A DNA stretch of 64,000 nucleotides from Actinomycetota bacterium (GTDB lineage Bacteria > Actinomycetota > Acidimicrobiia > Acidimicrobiales > UBA10347), in contig JBCCIC010000001.1 of NCBI GenBank assembly GCA_039028435.1, positions 204,240 to 268,239 of the forward strand. The letters are read 5' to 3'. Below are positions 1-9,808 of this stretch, piece after piece (within the stretch, counting starts at the first letter, position 1; every line of letters starts with the position of its first letter). A model generated the notes under the pieces. The model did no database searches. It saw only the letters and a program-made list of their open reading frames with translations, and was not told the DNA's origin. The position numbers and the translations under genes are program-made.

Positions 1-1219
1 CGTCGCGCACCAGGTTGATCCGACGGAACTCGGCCTGGTCCATCCCCAGGTCGTCGGCGGCCGCCTGGACCATCCGTTCCTGGAAGTACATGGCTTCGGT
101 CACCCGGAACGAGCAACGATACGCCACGCCGCCCGGCGCTTTGTTGGTATACACGCCCTGCGCGGTCAGGTGCGCGTTGGGGATGTCGTAGCAGGAGAAG
201 GCCGAGTGCATCAGGCCGATCTTGAACTTCGACGGCTGGGCGTCGGAGAAGAACGCACCGTGGTCGGAGTCGGTGTGCATCCGCACGCCGAGGATCTTGC
301 CGTCGTTGCGCAGGGCCATCTCGCCCTTGAGATACACATCGCGACCGAACCCAGTCGAGATCAGGTTGCCGCTCTTGTCCTCGATCCACTTGACCGGACG
401 CTCGAGCAGGATCGACGCCAGGATCGACGCCACGTAGCCCGGGTACACCGGCACCTTGTTGCCGAAGCCGCCACCCAGGTCGGGCGCAACGATGCGGATC
501 ATGTGCTCGGGAAGCTCGGCCACGAGCGACACGGCGGCGCGAATGATGTGCGGCGCCTGGGTCGTCATGTAGACCGTCAGCTTCGACGTCGATCGGTCGA
601 AGTCGGCGATCGACCCGCAGGCCTCGATCGGCGACGGATGCGAGCGCGGGTAGTGCATGTCGATCTTGGATACGACGTCGGCCTCGGCGAAGGCCTTGTC
701 GGTGCCCTCGCGATCACCGACGTCCCAGTCGAAGATGACGTTGGAATCCTGATTGACCTTGTCGTCGCGGATCAGCGGTGCGTCATCGGCCAGCGCTTGC
801 TCGACGTTGACGATCGGAGGCAGTGGCTCGTAGTCGACGACGATCGCTTCGCAGCCGTCCTTGGCGATGTACGGGTCGTCGGCGATGACACACGCAACCT
901 CTTGGCCTTGGAAGCGCACCTTGTCGGTCGCCAGGACCGCCTGGGTGTCATACGAGAGCGTTGGCATCCAGGCCAAGTTGCGGGCGGCCATCATCTCGCC
1001 GGTCAGCACCAGCCGCACACCGGGGATCGCCCAGGCCGCACTGACGTCGATGTTGCGGATGCGAGCGTGGGCGATCGGGCTGCGGAGGATCTCCATGTGG
1101 AGCATGCCGGGCAGCACGATGTCGTCGACATAGTTGCCCTTGCCCCGGATGAAGCGGTTGTCCTCGACCCGGCGACGACTCGCCCCGAGCCCACCGATCT
1201 TGATCTCGTCGAGACTCAT
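1..1219 (-). CDS. coxL: Aerobic CO dehydrogenase large (molybdopterin) subunit, form I; 3' end lies outside the window
   Basis: Not in the ORF track because it runs off the edge. My minus-strand translation from ATG 1219 (GAGGAA ends 3 nt upstream) gives MSLDEIKIGGLGASRRRVEDNRFIRGKGNYVDDIVLPGMLHMEILRSP..., a typical molybdo-hydroxylase large-subunit N-terminus. The loop VAYRCSFR (form I signature AYXCSFR) is encoded by 104-124. The gene lies downstream of coxM-coxS. Confidence 0.85.
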   Translation of the reverse strand, partial: MSLDEIKIGGLGASRRRVEDNRFIRGKGNYVDDIVLPGMLHMEILRSPIAHARIRNIDVSAAWAIPGVRLVLTGEMMAARNLAWMPTLSYDTQAVLATDKVRFQGQEVACVIADDPYIAKDGCEAIVVDYEPLPPIVNVEQALADDAPLIRDDKVNQDSNVIFDWDVGDREGTDKAFAEADVVSKIDMHYPRSHPSPIEACGSIADFDRSTSKLTVYMTTQAPHIIRAAVSLVAELPEHMIRIVAPDLGGGFGNKVPVYPGYVASILASILLERPVKWIEDKSGNLISTGFGRDVYLKGEMALRNDGKILGVRMHTDSDHGAFFSDAQPSKFKIGLMHSAFSCYDIPNAHLTAQGVYTNKAPGGVAYRCSFRVTEAMYFQERMVQAAADDLGMDQAEFRRINLVRD

Positions 1220-1361
1220 TGTTTCCTCGCAATCGCGGCGGTATTGCCTCGCCAGCTCTGCTGGCGGATCGGTGACGACGCCGGCAAGCTCGGCGCAGCC
1301 GAGCTTGGTAAGCGAACGCAGTGAGCGACGTCTGCGGATTGGTGACTGGCAAGCGTGCGCC

Positions 1362-1922
<561 letters not shown>

Positions 1923-1923
1923 G

Positions 1924-2796
1924 TCAGGCTGCCTTCTGCTGGGAGCGTTGGACGTTGGCGAGGATGCGCTTCACGAAGGTCTCGATCACGTGGCGCTTGT
2001 AGGTGGCGCTGCCTCGGTGGTCGCTACGGGGGTTCGCCACCCCCGATGCGAGGCGGGCGGCTTGGTCGATCGAGTCGTCGTCGAGCGAGCTACCAACCAG
2101 CGCCGCGGCGGCATCGGTGGCGTTGATCGTTGATGCGCCGACTCCGGTCAGGCCGATGCCGGCCTTGCCGACGCTCGAACCATTCATCTCCAGGGCGACG
2201 GCGACACCGGCGGTGGCGAAGTCGCCGACCCGGCGCTCGAGCTTGAGGTACCCGCCGGCGCGGGTGCCGCTGGCCGCAGGGATCACCGCTTCGATGGCGA
2301 TCTCGTTCTCGGCCAGCACGGTCTGGAACGGTCCGGCCACGAAATCGTTGACCGGGATCGTGCGCCGACCGTTCGGCCCTTCGGCCACGATCGAGCCGTC
2401 GAGGGCAACCATGCACGACGCCCAGTCCCCCTGAGGATCCGCGTGACAGACCGAGCCGACGAAGGTGCCCCGGGTTCGCACGATGGGGTCAGCGACGAGG
2501 GGAGCCGCCGATGCCAAGAGGGGTTGATCGCCGACGAGCGTGCTTGACTTCTCGAGCTGGGCATGCCGGCACAGCGCACCGATGTGATAGCTGCCGTCGG
2601 AATCGGCCCGGTGATAGTCCAGGCCGGGGATGTTGTTGATGTCGACCAACACCGCCGGCGAGGCGAAGCGGAGCTTCATCATCGGGATGAGGCTCTGCCC
2701 GCCGGCGAGGACCTTGGCGTCGTCGTTCGCCGAGAGCAGCGCGATGGCCTCGGCCACCGAGGTCGGTGCCTCGTACTGGAATCGTGAGGGGTACAT
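1924..2796 (-). CDS. coxM: CO dehydrogenase medium subunit, FAD-binding
   Basis: 290 aa with the FAD-binding molybdopterin-dehydrogenase motif [14 protein letters not shown]. The M-S-L gene order is typical of form I cox clusters. Confidence 0.85.
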   Translation of the reverse strand: MYPSRFQYEAPTSVAEAIALLSANDDAKVLAGGQSLIPMMKLRFASPAVLVDINNIPGLDYHRADSDGSYHIGALCRHAQLEKSSTLVGDQPLLASAAPLVADPIVRTRGTFVGSVCHADPQGDWASCMVALDGSIVAEGPNGRRTIPVNDFVAGPFQTVLAENEIAIEAVIPAASGTRAGGYLKLERRVGDFATAGVAVALEMNGSSVGKAGIGLTGVGASTINATDAAAALVGSSLDDDSIDQAARLASGVANPRSDHRGSATYKRHVIETFVKRILANVQRSQQKAA

Positions 2797-2811
2797 GGGG
2801 CTCCTCTGCTC

Positions 2812-3045
2812 CTACTGACCTTCGGGATCGGGGACGGCGCGCGGCATCGAGTCCTCGTCGGGGTCGGGGCGCTTCTCCTGATGCGGCGGCCACGGCCCTT
2901 GCACCGGCTGGCTGGCGACCTTGAGGTGGTCGATCAGCTGCGGCCATGCCCACACGGTCGGGCTCGGCCCGTCCTTGGGTGTTTCGGCAATCAGTTCATA
3001 GAGGCGCGGATTGCCCGCGCTCTCCCCCGATGACTCGATCGGCAT
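2812..3045 (-). CDS. Small hypothetical protein upstream of coxM
   Basis: Internal ATG of ORF 2812..3093 (MPIESSGESAGNPRLYELIAETPKDGPSPTVWAWPQLIDHLK...). Codons are mostly G/C-ending and a GGGGGAG Shine-Dalgarno lies just upstream. No family recognised. Confidence 0.4.
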   Translation of the reverse strand: MPIESSGESAGNPRLYELIAETPKDGPSPTVWAWPQLIDHLKVASQPVQGPWPPHQEKRPDPDEDSMPRAVPDPEGQ

Positions 3046-3166
3046 GGCTCCCCCTGTGGCGTCTCCCCAGACGCGGTAGATGGGTTTTAGCACGAAAGCG
3101 GCAGGTCCTCGGTGCCGAACGAGCCTTTTGCGGGTTGGTGGCTTCTTGCGGCCTAGCGTCTGCCTG

Positions 3167-4297
3167 ATGGAGGATCTTCGCTCGGCACTCGAGGCCTGCG
3201 TTTCCGAGCCGGAGCGCGCTCGATCGCTTCCGCCGGCCGCCTACGTCGATCCCGATGTGTCGGCATGGGAGGAACAGGCCGTGTTCCGAGCAGGCTGGGT
3301 CGGGGTCGGTCGATCGGATCGCTGGGCGCCGGGCTCGATCGCACCGGTCTCGTTGGGGTCCGTCGGGTTGGTGGTCTCTCGAGACGCCGACGGCGCGCTG
3401 CATGCGATGGCGAACACGTGTCGCCATCGCGGCATGGAGATCGTGAGCGAAGCGGCGGAGTGCTCACGGTTCCGCTGCGGCTTCCACGGATGGACCTACG
3501 ACCTCGACGGCCGGTTGGTCGGTGCTCCGCAGATGCATGGTGCCAAGGGGTTCGATCGGGCTGACCATGGCTTGGTGACGTTTGCGTGCGAGGAGCGCTT
3601 CGGCTTCGTGTTCGTGTCGCTGGAGGAAGCACCGGGTTCGGTGGACGACGCGCTGGCGGACTTCGCTGACGTCCACGCACCCTGGCCGCTGGAGTCGCTC
3701 GTGACGACCCGGCGCCGCGAGTTCACCGTCGAGTGCAACTGGAAGGCGTTCGCCGAGGTCTTCAACGAGTATTACCACCTGCCCTACGTGCACCCGGACA
3801 GCATCGACGACTCCTACGACGAGCCCGACCCGGCCGAGCGGGTGGCCGGCGACTTCACGACCCAGTTCGGGCCGACGAGCAAGACGGCGAGTCTGCTGGA
3901 CGATGCGCGGTCGACCGCATTTCCGTTGATGCCCGGGCTGATCGGCCGGGAGGCTGCGGGGGTGCGATACACGTGGCTCTTCCCCACGCTCGTGACGGCG
4001 ATCGGCGTCGACTGCATGTGGATGTACGAGGTCTACCCCCACGGTCCGAACCGATGCCGCTGCGCGCAGGTCGTCGCGTTTCCGCCCGAGACCGTCGCGC
4101 TCTCGGACTTCGCCGAACGGGCCGAGGCGTATTACGAGCGGTTCGACGTCGCCATCGACGAGGACATCCCGGTGTTGGAGGCACAGCAGCGCGGCATGCG
4201 GTCACCGTTCGCCGCGCAGGGCCCGTTCTCGCATCTGGAACCGAGCGTGGCCATCTTCGCCAACTGGTACGCCGAGCGGATGCTGACGGTGAGCTAG
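3167..4297 (+). CDS. Rieske [2Fe-2S] non-heme-iron oxygenase, alpha-subunit type
   Basis: Rieske motif CRHRG...CGFHGW and mononuclear-iron motif NEYYHLPYVH. I chose the internal ATG (MEDLRSALEAC...) over the ORF-track start at 3080. Confidence 0.8.
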   Translation: MEDLRSALEACVSEPERARSLPPAAYVDPDVSAWEEQAVFRAGWVGVGRSDRWAPGSIAPVSLGSVGLVVSRDADGALHAMANTCRHRGMEIVSEAAECSRFRCGFHGWTYDLDGRLVGAPQMHGAKGFDRADHGLVTFACEERFGFVFVSLEEAPGSVDDALADFADVHAPWPLESLVTTRRREFTVECNWKAFAEVFNEYYHLPYVHPDSIDDSYDEPDPAERVAGDFTTQFGPTSKTASLLDDARSTAFPLMPGLIGREAAGVRYTWLFPTLVTAIGVDCMWMYEVYPHGPNRCRCAQVVAFPPETVALSDFAERAEAYYERFDVAIDEDIPVLEAQQRGMRSPFAAQGPFSHLEPSVAIFANWYAERMLTVS

Positions 4298-5016
4298 GCC
4301 GCGACCGACACCACGCTTCCGTCGCGCTGTACTGGCACTCGCCGCACCACCGGCGACGCCGCATAGTCGGACGGACCGCACAAGAAGGCCGACATCCCGC
4401 GATGCGGCCTCGGCGACGGCGAACTGCCGACCGGTCGATCGAATCGCAGGCCGAGCGAATCCCAGTGGCCCGTCGATTCGAGTACCTGGCACACGAAACC
4501 TGTGCAGGTCGTGCGCCACGCGCCGAGGGCAATGGCGGCTAGAGCGACGACGGGAAACGCCAACCTTGCAAGCGGGCGAACCGCGTAGTGGTCGACCGCG
4601 CGGACGTTTGCCCAGAGATAGGTGAGTCGACCGAGGCCCATCGAGTACCACATCCGCGTGTCGAGCCTGGTTCGGGCTTCGTCGACGATGGACTCGGCGC
4701 CGCGATCATCCACTGGCAGGACGAGGACCTCGATGTCCTCGAACGTCTCGAGGACCTCAACCATCGGCCGCGCCCGGACACCGGACAGGCCGACCTCGAT
4801 CACCGAAGGGCAGCCATCGACGAGCGCGTAGATGCCAACATGGCTGCTCGGGAGACCAAGCGCCTTGGCGACAGAATGACGCCGAGGAGGTCCGGGATAG
4901 GAGATCAAATCGCCTTCCCGGACCTCGCGCAGCGCCACGGGTGAGTTCCCGTGCGCCACCGTCAGCTCGCGTTGGAGGATCGCCCTGGGCAACCCCGGCC
5001 GGGGCAGCCAGGCCAT
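4294..5016 (-). CDS. Hypothetical protein, possibly a circularly permuted NlpC/P60 (papain-fold) family member
   Basis: GDLISYPG...SSHVGIYA (His-block) precedes a later TCTGFVCQVLE (Cys-block), which is the permuted order. The 51 codons upstream of Met-5016 have poor G/C third-position bias, so I prefer the shorter start. The stop shares CTAG with the convergent Rieske gene. Confidence 0.45.
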   Translation of the reverse strand: MAWLPRPGLPRAILQRELTVAHGNSPVALREVREGDLISYPGPPRRHSVAKALGLPSSHVGIYALVDGCPSVIEVGLSGVRARPMVEVLETFEDIEVLVLPVDDRGAESIVDEARTRLDTRMWYSMGLGRLTYLWANVRAVDHYAVRPLARLAFPVVALAAIALGAWRTTCTGFVCQVLESTGHWDSLGLRFDRPVGSSPSPRPHRGMSAFLCGPSDYAASPVVRRVPVQRDGSVVSVAA

Positions 5017-5333
5017 GCGCCGGGGCAGCCCGGCCAATCGCCACCATGGGGCGGCTCCGGGACGAGAGGTGTTGCGGTCATCGAGATGGTGTTCATCGAG
5101 TTTCCTTTCTTGCCAGACGGCAGCCGTGTGCCGCCGTTCACAACCATCTGCATCGGAGTCAGTACCCAAAAATAAGGAAAATCTAACCCAAAATAGGGAG
5201 GAATGACCAAGAGGGCCGGATCACGCAATCTGCGGAGAATCTGGACACGGCCACGAACTCGTCGACGACGTCCTGAGTCCACCGCGGATGGATCACTACG
5301 ATTCCTCCGACCGCAGACCGCGAGGGGAACGTG

Positions 5334-5723
5334 ATGAGTGAAGACCGCAGCATGATCGAGCGGGGTCTCGAGATTCGGCGCGAGGTGCTCGGCGACGACT
5401 ACGTCAACAAGGCGACGGCGTCGAAGACCGAGGTGCAGGCCAAGTTCCAAGACCTCGTCGCCGGCATGTGCTGGGGCGAGGTGTGGGGTCGCGAAGCGCT
5501 GAGCCGCCGCGAGCGGAGCCTGATGAACATCGTCATGCTCACCGCGCTGAACCGGCCGCACGAGGTTGCGCTGCACGTGCAGGGCGCACTCAACAACGGG
5601 CTGACGACTGCCGAGGTCGAAGAAGCGATCCTCCACACGATGCCCTACTGCGGCATCCCAGCGGCGATCGATGCGATGCGGACCGCCCGGCCGATTCTCG
5701 ACGCAGCCTCCGACGACACCTGA
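5334..5723 (+). CDS. Carboxymuconolactone decarboxylase (CMD/AhpD-like) family protein
   Basis: SRRERSLMNIVMLTALNRPHEVALHVQGALNNGLTTAEVEEAILHTMPYCGIPAA is typical of the CMD family. GAGGGGA lies 8 nt upstream of the ATG. Confidence 0.75.
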   Translation: MSEDRSMIERGLEIRREVLGDDYVNKATASKTEVQAKFQDLVAGMCWGEVWGREALSRRERSLMNIVMLTALNRPHEVALHVQGALNNGLTTAEVEEAILHTMPYCGIPAAIDAMRTARPILDAASDDT

Positions 5724-5751
5724 CCCCTACGGCGGCCCGCTGGACCGAGCC

Positions 5752-6663
5752 TCAACCAGCGTCGTCGAGCGTCGGTAGCTGCACGAGCAGTCGTTCCGCC
5801 GCGGCAACGAGGCTGGCAGCGGCTGGCCACACCGCGTGCAGCGTTCGTTCGATCACCAGGTCGTCGACGTCGACCCGCACAAGCGCACCGGACTGCTCGT
5901 AGAGCGCGACTGCCAGCGTGCTCAGCACAGCTGGCGCATCACCCTGCTCGACGACGGACCGCACCGCCGCCGTCGACCCCATCTCGACCGCCGTCTTCGG
6001 TGTGTCGACCCCGAGTTCGCGAAGCCGCTCCTCCAACGCAACCCTGGTACCCGAACCCGCTTCGCGCATGACCAGCGGCGTATCGGCGAAGGCCTCGAAC
6101 GAGACTCGGCGTCGGCGGGCCCAGGGATGTGACGGAGCGACCACGACAACCAGTTCGTCGGTTGCCACGGCCTGCGCCTCGAGCCCGTCCGCCACGATCG
6201 GCGTCTCCACGAAGCCGAGATCGCAGCCTTCGGACATCAGCCGCTCGACGACCGAGGCGCTGTTGAGGACCTCGAGGGCGACGGCATCGTCGGGGTGTTC
6301 GCTCCGGTACCGGGCGATCCAGCGAGGAAGTAGATATTCGGCGACCGTGTAGCTGGCGGCGATCCGGAGCGGTCCGCGGCCTGCCTCGCTCAACGCCGCG
6401 AGCGAGGTTGCGAAGTCCTCCGCCGAATGGATCAGCGCCTCGGCCCACTCGGCGACGAGCATGCCTTCGGTGGTCGGCGTCGATCCGGACGGACCGCGAT
6501 CGAGGAGACGGACACCGAGTTGGCGTTCGAGCACGCGCATGCGTTTCGAGACCGACGGCTGTGACACGCCTCGCGCGCGTGCAGCCCGACTCAGGCTGCC
6601 GAGCCGTACAACCTCGACCAGCAGATCGAGACTCTGCAGGTCGGGGAACGTCACCGGCAGCAT
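5752..6663 (-). CDS. LysR-family transcriptional regulator
   Basis: N-terminal HTH LQSLDLLVEVVRLGSLSRAARARGVSQPSVSKRMRVLERQLGVRLLDR followed by a LysR substrate-binding domain. The start could instead be 6702. Confidence 0.85.
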   Translation of the reverse strand: MLPVTFPDLQSLDLLVEVVRLGSLSRAARARGVSQPSVSKRMRVLERQLGVRLLDRGPSGSTPTTEGMLVAEWAEALIHSAEDFATSLAALSEAGRGPLRIAASYTVAEYLLPRWIARYRSEHPDDAVALEVLNSASVVERLMSEGCDLGFVETPIVADGLEAQAVATDELVVVVAPSHPWARRRRVSFEAFADTPLVMREAGSGTRVALEERLRELGVDTPKTAVEMGSTAAVRSVVEQGDAPAVLSTLAVALYEQSGALVRVDVDDLVIERTLHAVWPAAASLVAAAERLLVQLPTLDDAG

Positions 6664-6758
6664 GGGGCTCCTCGACGATGCGTGCGACTCCATGCAGGGC
6701 ATTCCACCCGGTTATGACCTTCGAACCACCTTCGGTCTACCCGTCGTCGGCGTCCCGG

Positions 6759-7814
6759 ATGACGATGACCACGATGCAGGTCTCCCATAGCCACTTGGTA
6801 AGTGAGGCTAACAACGCAGGCCGTCAACGGACCTCCGGGTCCGTGACAGGTCTGGGCCTTGCGTTGTCAGCAGCCACCCTCGCGACCGCTCTCGCGTCGA
6901 TCACCCCGATCTCCGCACTCGTCCTCGCACTGATCTCAGGCGCCATCGTCGGCAACGCGCTCGATACGGCACCCGCTTCGCGCCGCCACCTGGACACCCG
7001 CGTCCGGCCGGGCCTCGGCCTCGCCGGCAAGACGGTGCTTCGCATCGGCGTTGTCCTCCTCGGACTGCGTCTGTCGCTGCGGACGCTGCTCGACCTCGGC
7101 GCCGGCACGATCGCCATCGTCGTGGGGACGGTCGTGGTGACCTTCTTGGGCGTCCAGAACCTGGGACGTCGGCTCGGACTGAGCCGGGATCTCTCGCTCC
7201 TCGTGGCGACTGGGTTCTCGATCTGTGGCGCATCGGCCATCGCTGCGGTCAAGGAGTCCACCAGCGCACGGGACGAAGAGGTCGCCGCCTCGATCGGCCT
7301 CGTGACTGCCGCCGGCACGCTCTCGCTGATCTCGCTGCCGATCCTGGGCGAAGTCTTCGCGCTCCGAGACGAGCACGTCGCGATCTGGCTGGGTGCGGCC
7401 ATCCAGGATGTCGCTCAGGTGGTTGCTGCTGGCTCGACCCAGGGCGCCGAACTGCTCGCGATCGCGGTCGCGGTGAAGCTGACCCGGGTTGCCCTCCTCG
7501 CACCCATCGTCGCCGGGGTAAGTCTCCGTCGATCCGACACGTCGGGCGGGGCCAACGGGCCGATCCTCCCCTGGTTCGTGGTGGGCTTCGTGATGATGGT
7601 CGTCGTCCGCACGGCAATCCCTCTCGGTGACGATGTGCTTGCGCTCGCGCGCACGGTCGAGAAGTTCGTGTTGGCCGTTGCGATGGTCGGCCTCGGCTCG
7701 GGCGTACGAGTCCGGGCCATGCGATCGCTCGGCGCTCGACCGATCCTGCTGGGCGCTATGGCCTGGATGGTCGTTTCGGGGGCCAGCCTGACCGGACTCG
7801 TCCTGGTTGGCTAG
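6759..7814 (+). CDS. YeiH/UPF0324-family integral membrane protein (putative sulfate exporter family)
   Basis: Multi-pass membrane protein (…KTVLRIGVVLLGLRLSL…GFSICGASAIAA…AIQDVAQVVAAG…). It is divergent from a LysR gene, as in the yeiE/yeiH pair. The 5' part of ORF 6408.. overlaps the LysR gene and I discarded it. Confidence 0.7.
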   Translation: MTMTTMQVSHSHLVSEANNAGRQRTSGSVTGLGLALSAATLATALASITPISALVLALISGAIVGNALDTAPASRRHLDTRVRPGLGLAGKTVLRIGVVLLGLRLSLRTLLDLGAGTIAIVVGTVVVTFLGVQNLGRRLGLSRDLSLLVATGFSICGASAIAAVKESTSARDEEVAASIGLVTAAGTLSLISLPILGEVFALRDEHVAIWLGAAIQDVAQVVAAGSTQGAELLAIAVAVKLTRVALLAPIVAGVSLRRSDTSGGANGPILPWFVVGFVMMVVVRTAIPLGDDVLALARTVEKFVLAVAMVGLGSGVRVRAMRSLGARPILLGAMAWMVVSGASLTGLVLVG

Positions 7815-7889
7815 CGGCCATGGAAGGCGCCCTTGCAGGGGTGAGCAAGCTAGCTTGACAGCACCACCGGAGGACGTGCGAGGACGGAT

Positions 7890-8351
7890 GTGACCTCGGC
7901 CGAATCGCCGAAAGCCACCCAAGCGATCGATCCGGAACCGCGCGTGTCCGGCGGCGCATCGGTCGCTCGCAGCCCACTCGCTCGAGCCGGTTGGACGCTC
8001 CTCGGCCTTCTCGCTGTGGTCGTCGGCGGGATCGGCGTCGTCGTGCCGGGTCTGCCGACAACGGTCTTCTTCATCGTTGCGGCTTGGGCTTTCTCGAAGT
8101 CGAGCCCCCGCCTCGAAGCCTGGGTGCTGGGGCTGCCCAAGATCGGCCCGATGGTGCAGGACTACCGCGACGGCAAGGGCATGCCGCGTCGCGTGAAGAT
8201 CGTGGCGATTTCGATGGTGGTCGCCTTCTGCAGCTTGAGCATCTGGGCGGTGGATCAATGGTGGATGCGCCTGCTGATCGCGGCGCTCGCGTTGATCGGC
8301 ATCGCCGTCATCCTCCGCCAGCCGACCAAGCAAGACGAACCCGCGAGCTGA
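7890..8351 (+). CDS. DUF454/YbaN-family inner membrane protein
   Basis: GIGVVVPGLPTTVFFIVAAWAFSKSSPRLEAWV matches the characteristic YbaN core. GTG start. Confidence 0.65.
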   Translation: MTSAESPKATQAIDPEPRVSGGASVARSPLARAGWTLLGLLAVVVGGIGVVVPGLPTTVFFIVAAWAFSKSSPRLEAWVLGLPKIGPMVQDYRDGKGMPRRVKIVAISMVVAFCSLSIWAVDQWWMRLLIAALALIGIAVILRQPTKQDEPAS

Positions 8352-8429
8352 CCCAGGGAGCGCCCGCTGCGGGCCTCGGTGCTACCTTCGGGGCGAGCCT
8401 CTGGGGATCGGCTCGTACAAGGGGGAAGC

Positions 8430-9311
8430 ATGCCGGTGATGGTTCTGGCGTTCTACGGAGCGTTGGTGATCTGGGCAGGAATGCTGGCGATGGCGTTGCG
8501 CACGTCGACGTATCGCAACTTTCTGTGGTTCGGCATCGGCCTGATGGTGTTCCTGAACCTCGGCTACTTCATCCGAGGCCAGGGCGACGCGATCGCCTTC
8601 TTTGTCAGCCTGTACGACGTTCTGGACAATCTCGGCGTCTCAGCTGGCGAGGAGCTTCCCGCCGCGCTCGCGACGTGTCCGGACAACGCGTGCAGCCAGT
8701 GGGGCGACACCTACGACGCACACCCGGCGTGGGGCGTGGCGTTCCACGAGCGCTTCGCCGACGGGCCCAGCACCCGCAAGGGCCTGTTGTACGTCCACAT
8801 TGCCTTCAACTCGATTGCGCTGATCCTCGCCCACGTGCAACTCGCTCGCCCAGGAACGGGAGGCGCAGCGAATGCTGCCCGCCATCGAATGATCGGACGC
8901 ATCGGCTTCGGCGCGGTCACTCTCGGCACACTGGCGGCGGTGCTCCTGGCCGGCGAACACACGACCGTCGACGAATACGGCGGAGCGTGGGCGACGCTCG
9001 GCTTCTGGTTCATGTCGCTGTGCGTCTACGGCTGCGCGGTGCCGACCGTGTTGACGGCTCGACGTGGTGACATAGCGTCGCACCGGGTGTGGACGATTCG
9101 CTACCTCGGCGCGATGTGGGGCGCCTTCTGGCTGTTTCGCGTGATGCTGTTCGTCCTTGATCCCTTGCTGCGCAACATCGAGTCGGCGGCGATCCTGATC
9201 TGCATCTGGTTCTCGGCCCCGCTCGGGATTCTGATCGCCGAGCGCTTCCGCACGCGACGCCGAACGAAGATCGATGTTCGGCCGGAAGAACCGACCCCAG
9301 CGTCGGTCTAG
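8430..9311 (+). CDS. Hypothetical polytopic membrane protein
   Basis: About 8 hydrophobic segments. GGGGGAAGC precedes the ATG at 8430. No family recognised with confidence. Confidence 0.5.
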   Translation: MPVMVLAFYGALVIWAGMLAMALRTSTYRNFLWFGIGLMVFLNLGYFIRGQGDAIAFFVSLYDVLDNLGVSAGEELPAALATCPDNACSQWGDTYDAHPAWGVAFHERFADGPSTRKGLLYVHIAFNSIALILAHVQLARPGTGGAANAARHRMIGRIGFGAVTLGTLAAVLLAGEHTTVDEYGGAWATLGFWFMSLCVYGCAVPTVLTARRGDIASHRVWTIRYLGAMWGAFWLFRVMLFVLDPLLRNIESAAILICIWFSAPLGILIAERFRTRRRTKIDVRPEEPTPASV

Positions 9312-9808
9312 GACGATCCGCGGGAGGCCGGCGGCCACGGACCGACCCGACGGGCACCGAGTGAGCGAAACAGGTTCTCCGATGCGACGTTGCCGTCGGT
9401 GATCGCGGCGCCGACCTCGACCGCGCCGCGCTGCCCCACGACCGCGACTGCATGGGCAACGAGCGCGGTTCCGAGACGCCGACGCTTGTGGTTCGCGGCC
9501 ACCACGATCGGGTCGACGTAGAGCCGATCATCGACCTCGACGACGCAGCAGAACGCGATGGGTCGGCCGCCATCTCGGACGACCCAACGCAAGTCATCCG
9601 GTGCCGCAGCCATGTAGTGGTCGATCGCGCCACGGGCTTCGACCATCGTCTCGCCCTCGTCGTCAACCGTGCCGGCGTAGGCGTCGAGCATCAGTTCGGC
9701 CAATGCCTCGTGATCCTGCGGTTCGATTGCCTGGGCGTCGACCGCCTGGACTGACGCGACGAGCGGCAACGTCAGCCGGTACTCACTCCGGGTCCGCTCC
9801 TCCGCCAC
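9308..9808 (-). CDS. GNAT-family N-acetyltransferase
   Basis: The acetyl-CoA binding region VAANHKRRRLGTALVAHAVAVVGQRGA fits the Q/RxxGxG/A pattern. The start is uncertain: ORF start 9901 would overlap the upstream gene by 119 nt, so I chose an internal GTG. Confidence 0.6.
   Translation of the reverse strand: MAEERTRSEYRLTLPLVASVQAVDAQAIEPQDHEALAELMLDAYAGTVDDEGETMVEARGAIDHYMAAAPDDLRWVVRDGGRPIAFCCVVEVDDRLYVDPIVVAANHKRRRLGTALVAHAVAVVGQRGAVEVGAAITDGNVASENLFRSLGARRVGPWPPASRGSS

Noticed and set aside
170-1324. 384-aa plus-strand ORF (and 222..437, 861..1133 and others) at the left edge
   Set aside because: It is antisense to the clearly recognisable coxL reading frame. The translation is Arg/Val/Asp/Gly-rich shadow sequence with no motifs.
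6936-8333. 465-aa minus-strand ORF
   Set aside because: It is the antisense shadow of the YeiH-like and DUF454 genes and has an extreme Arg/Asp/His composition.
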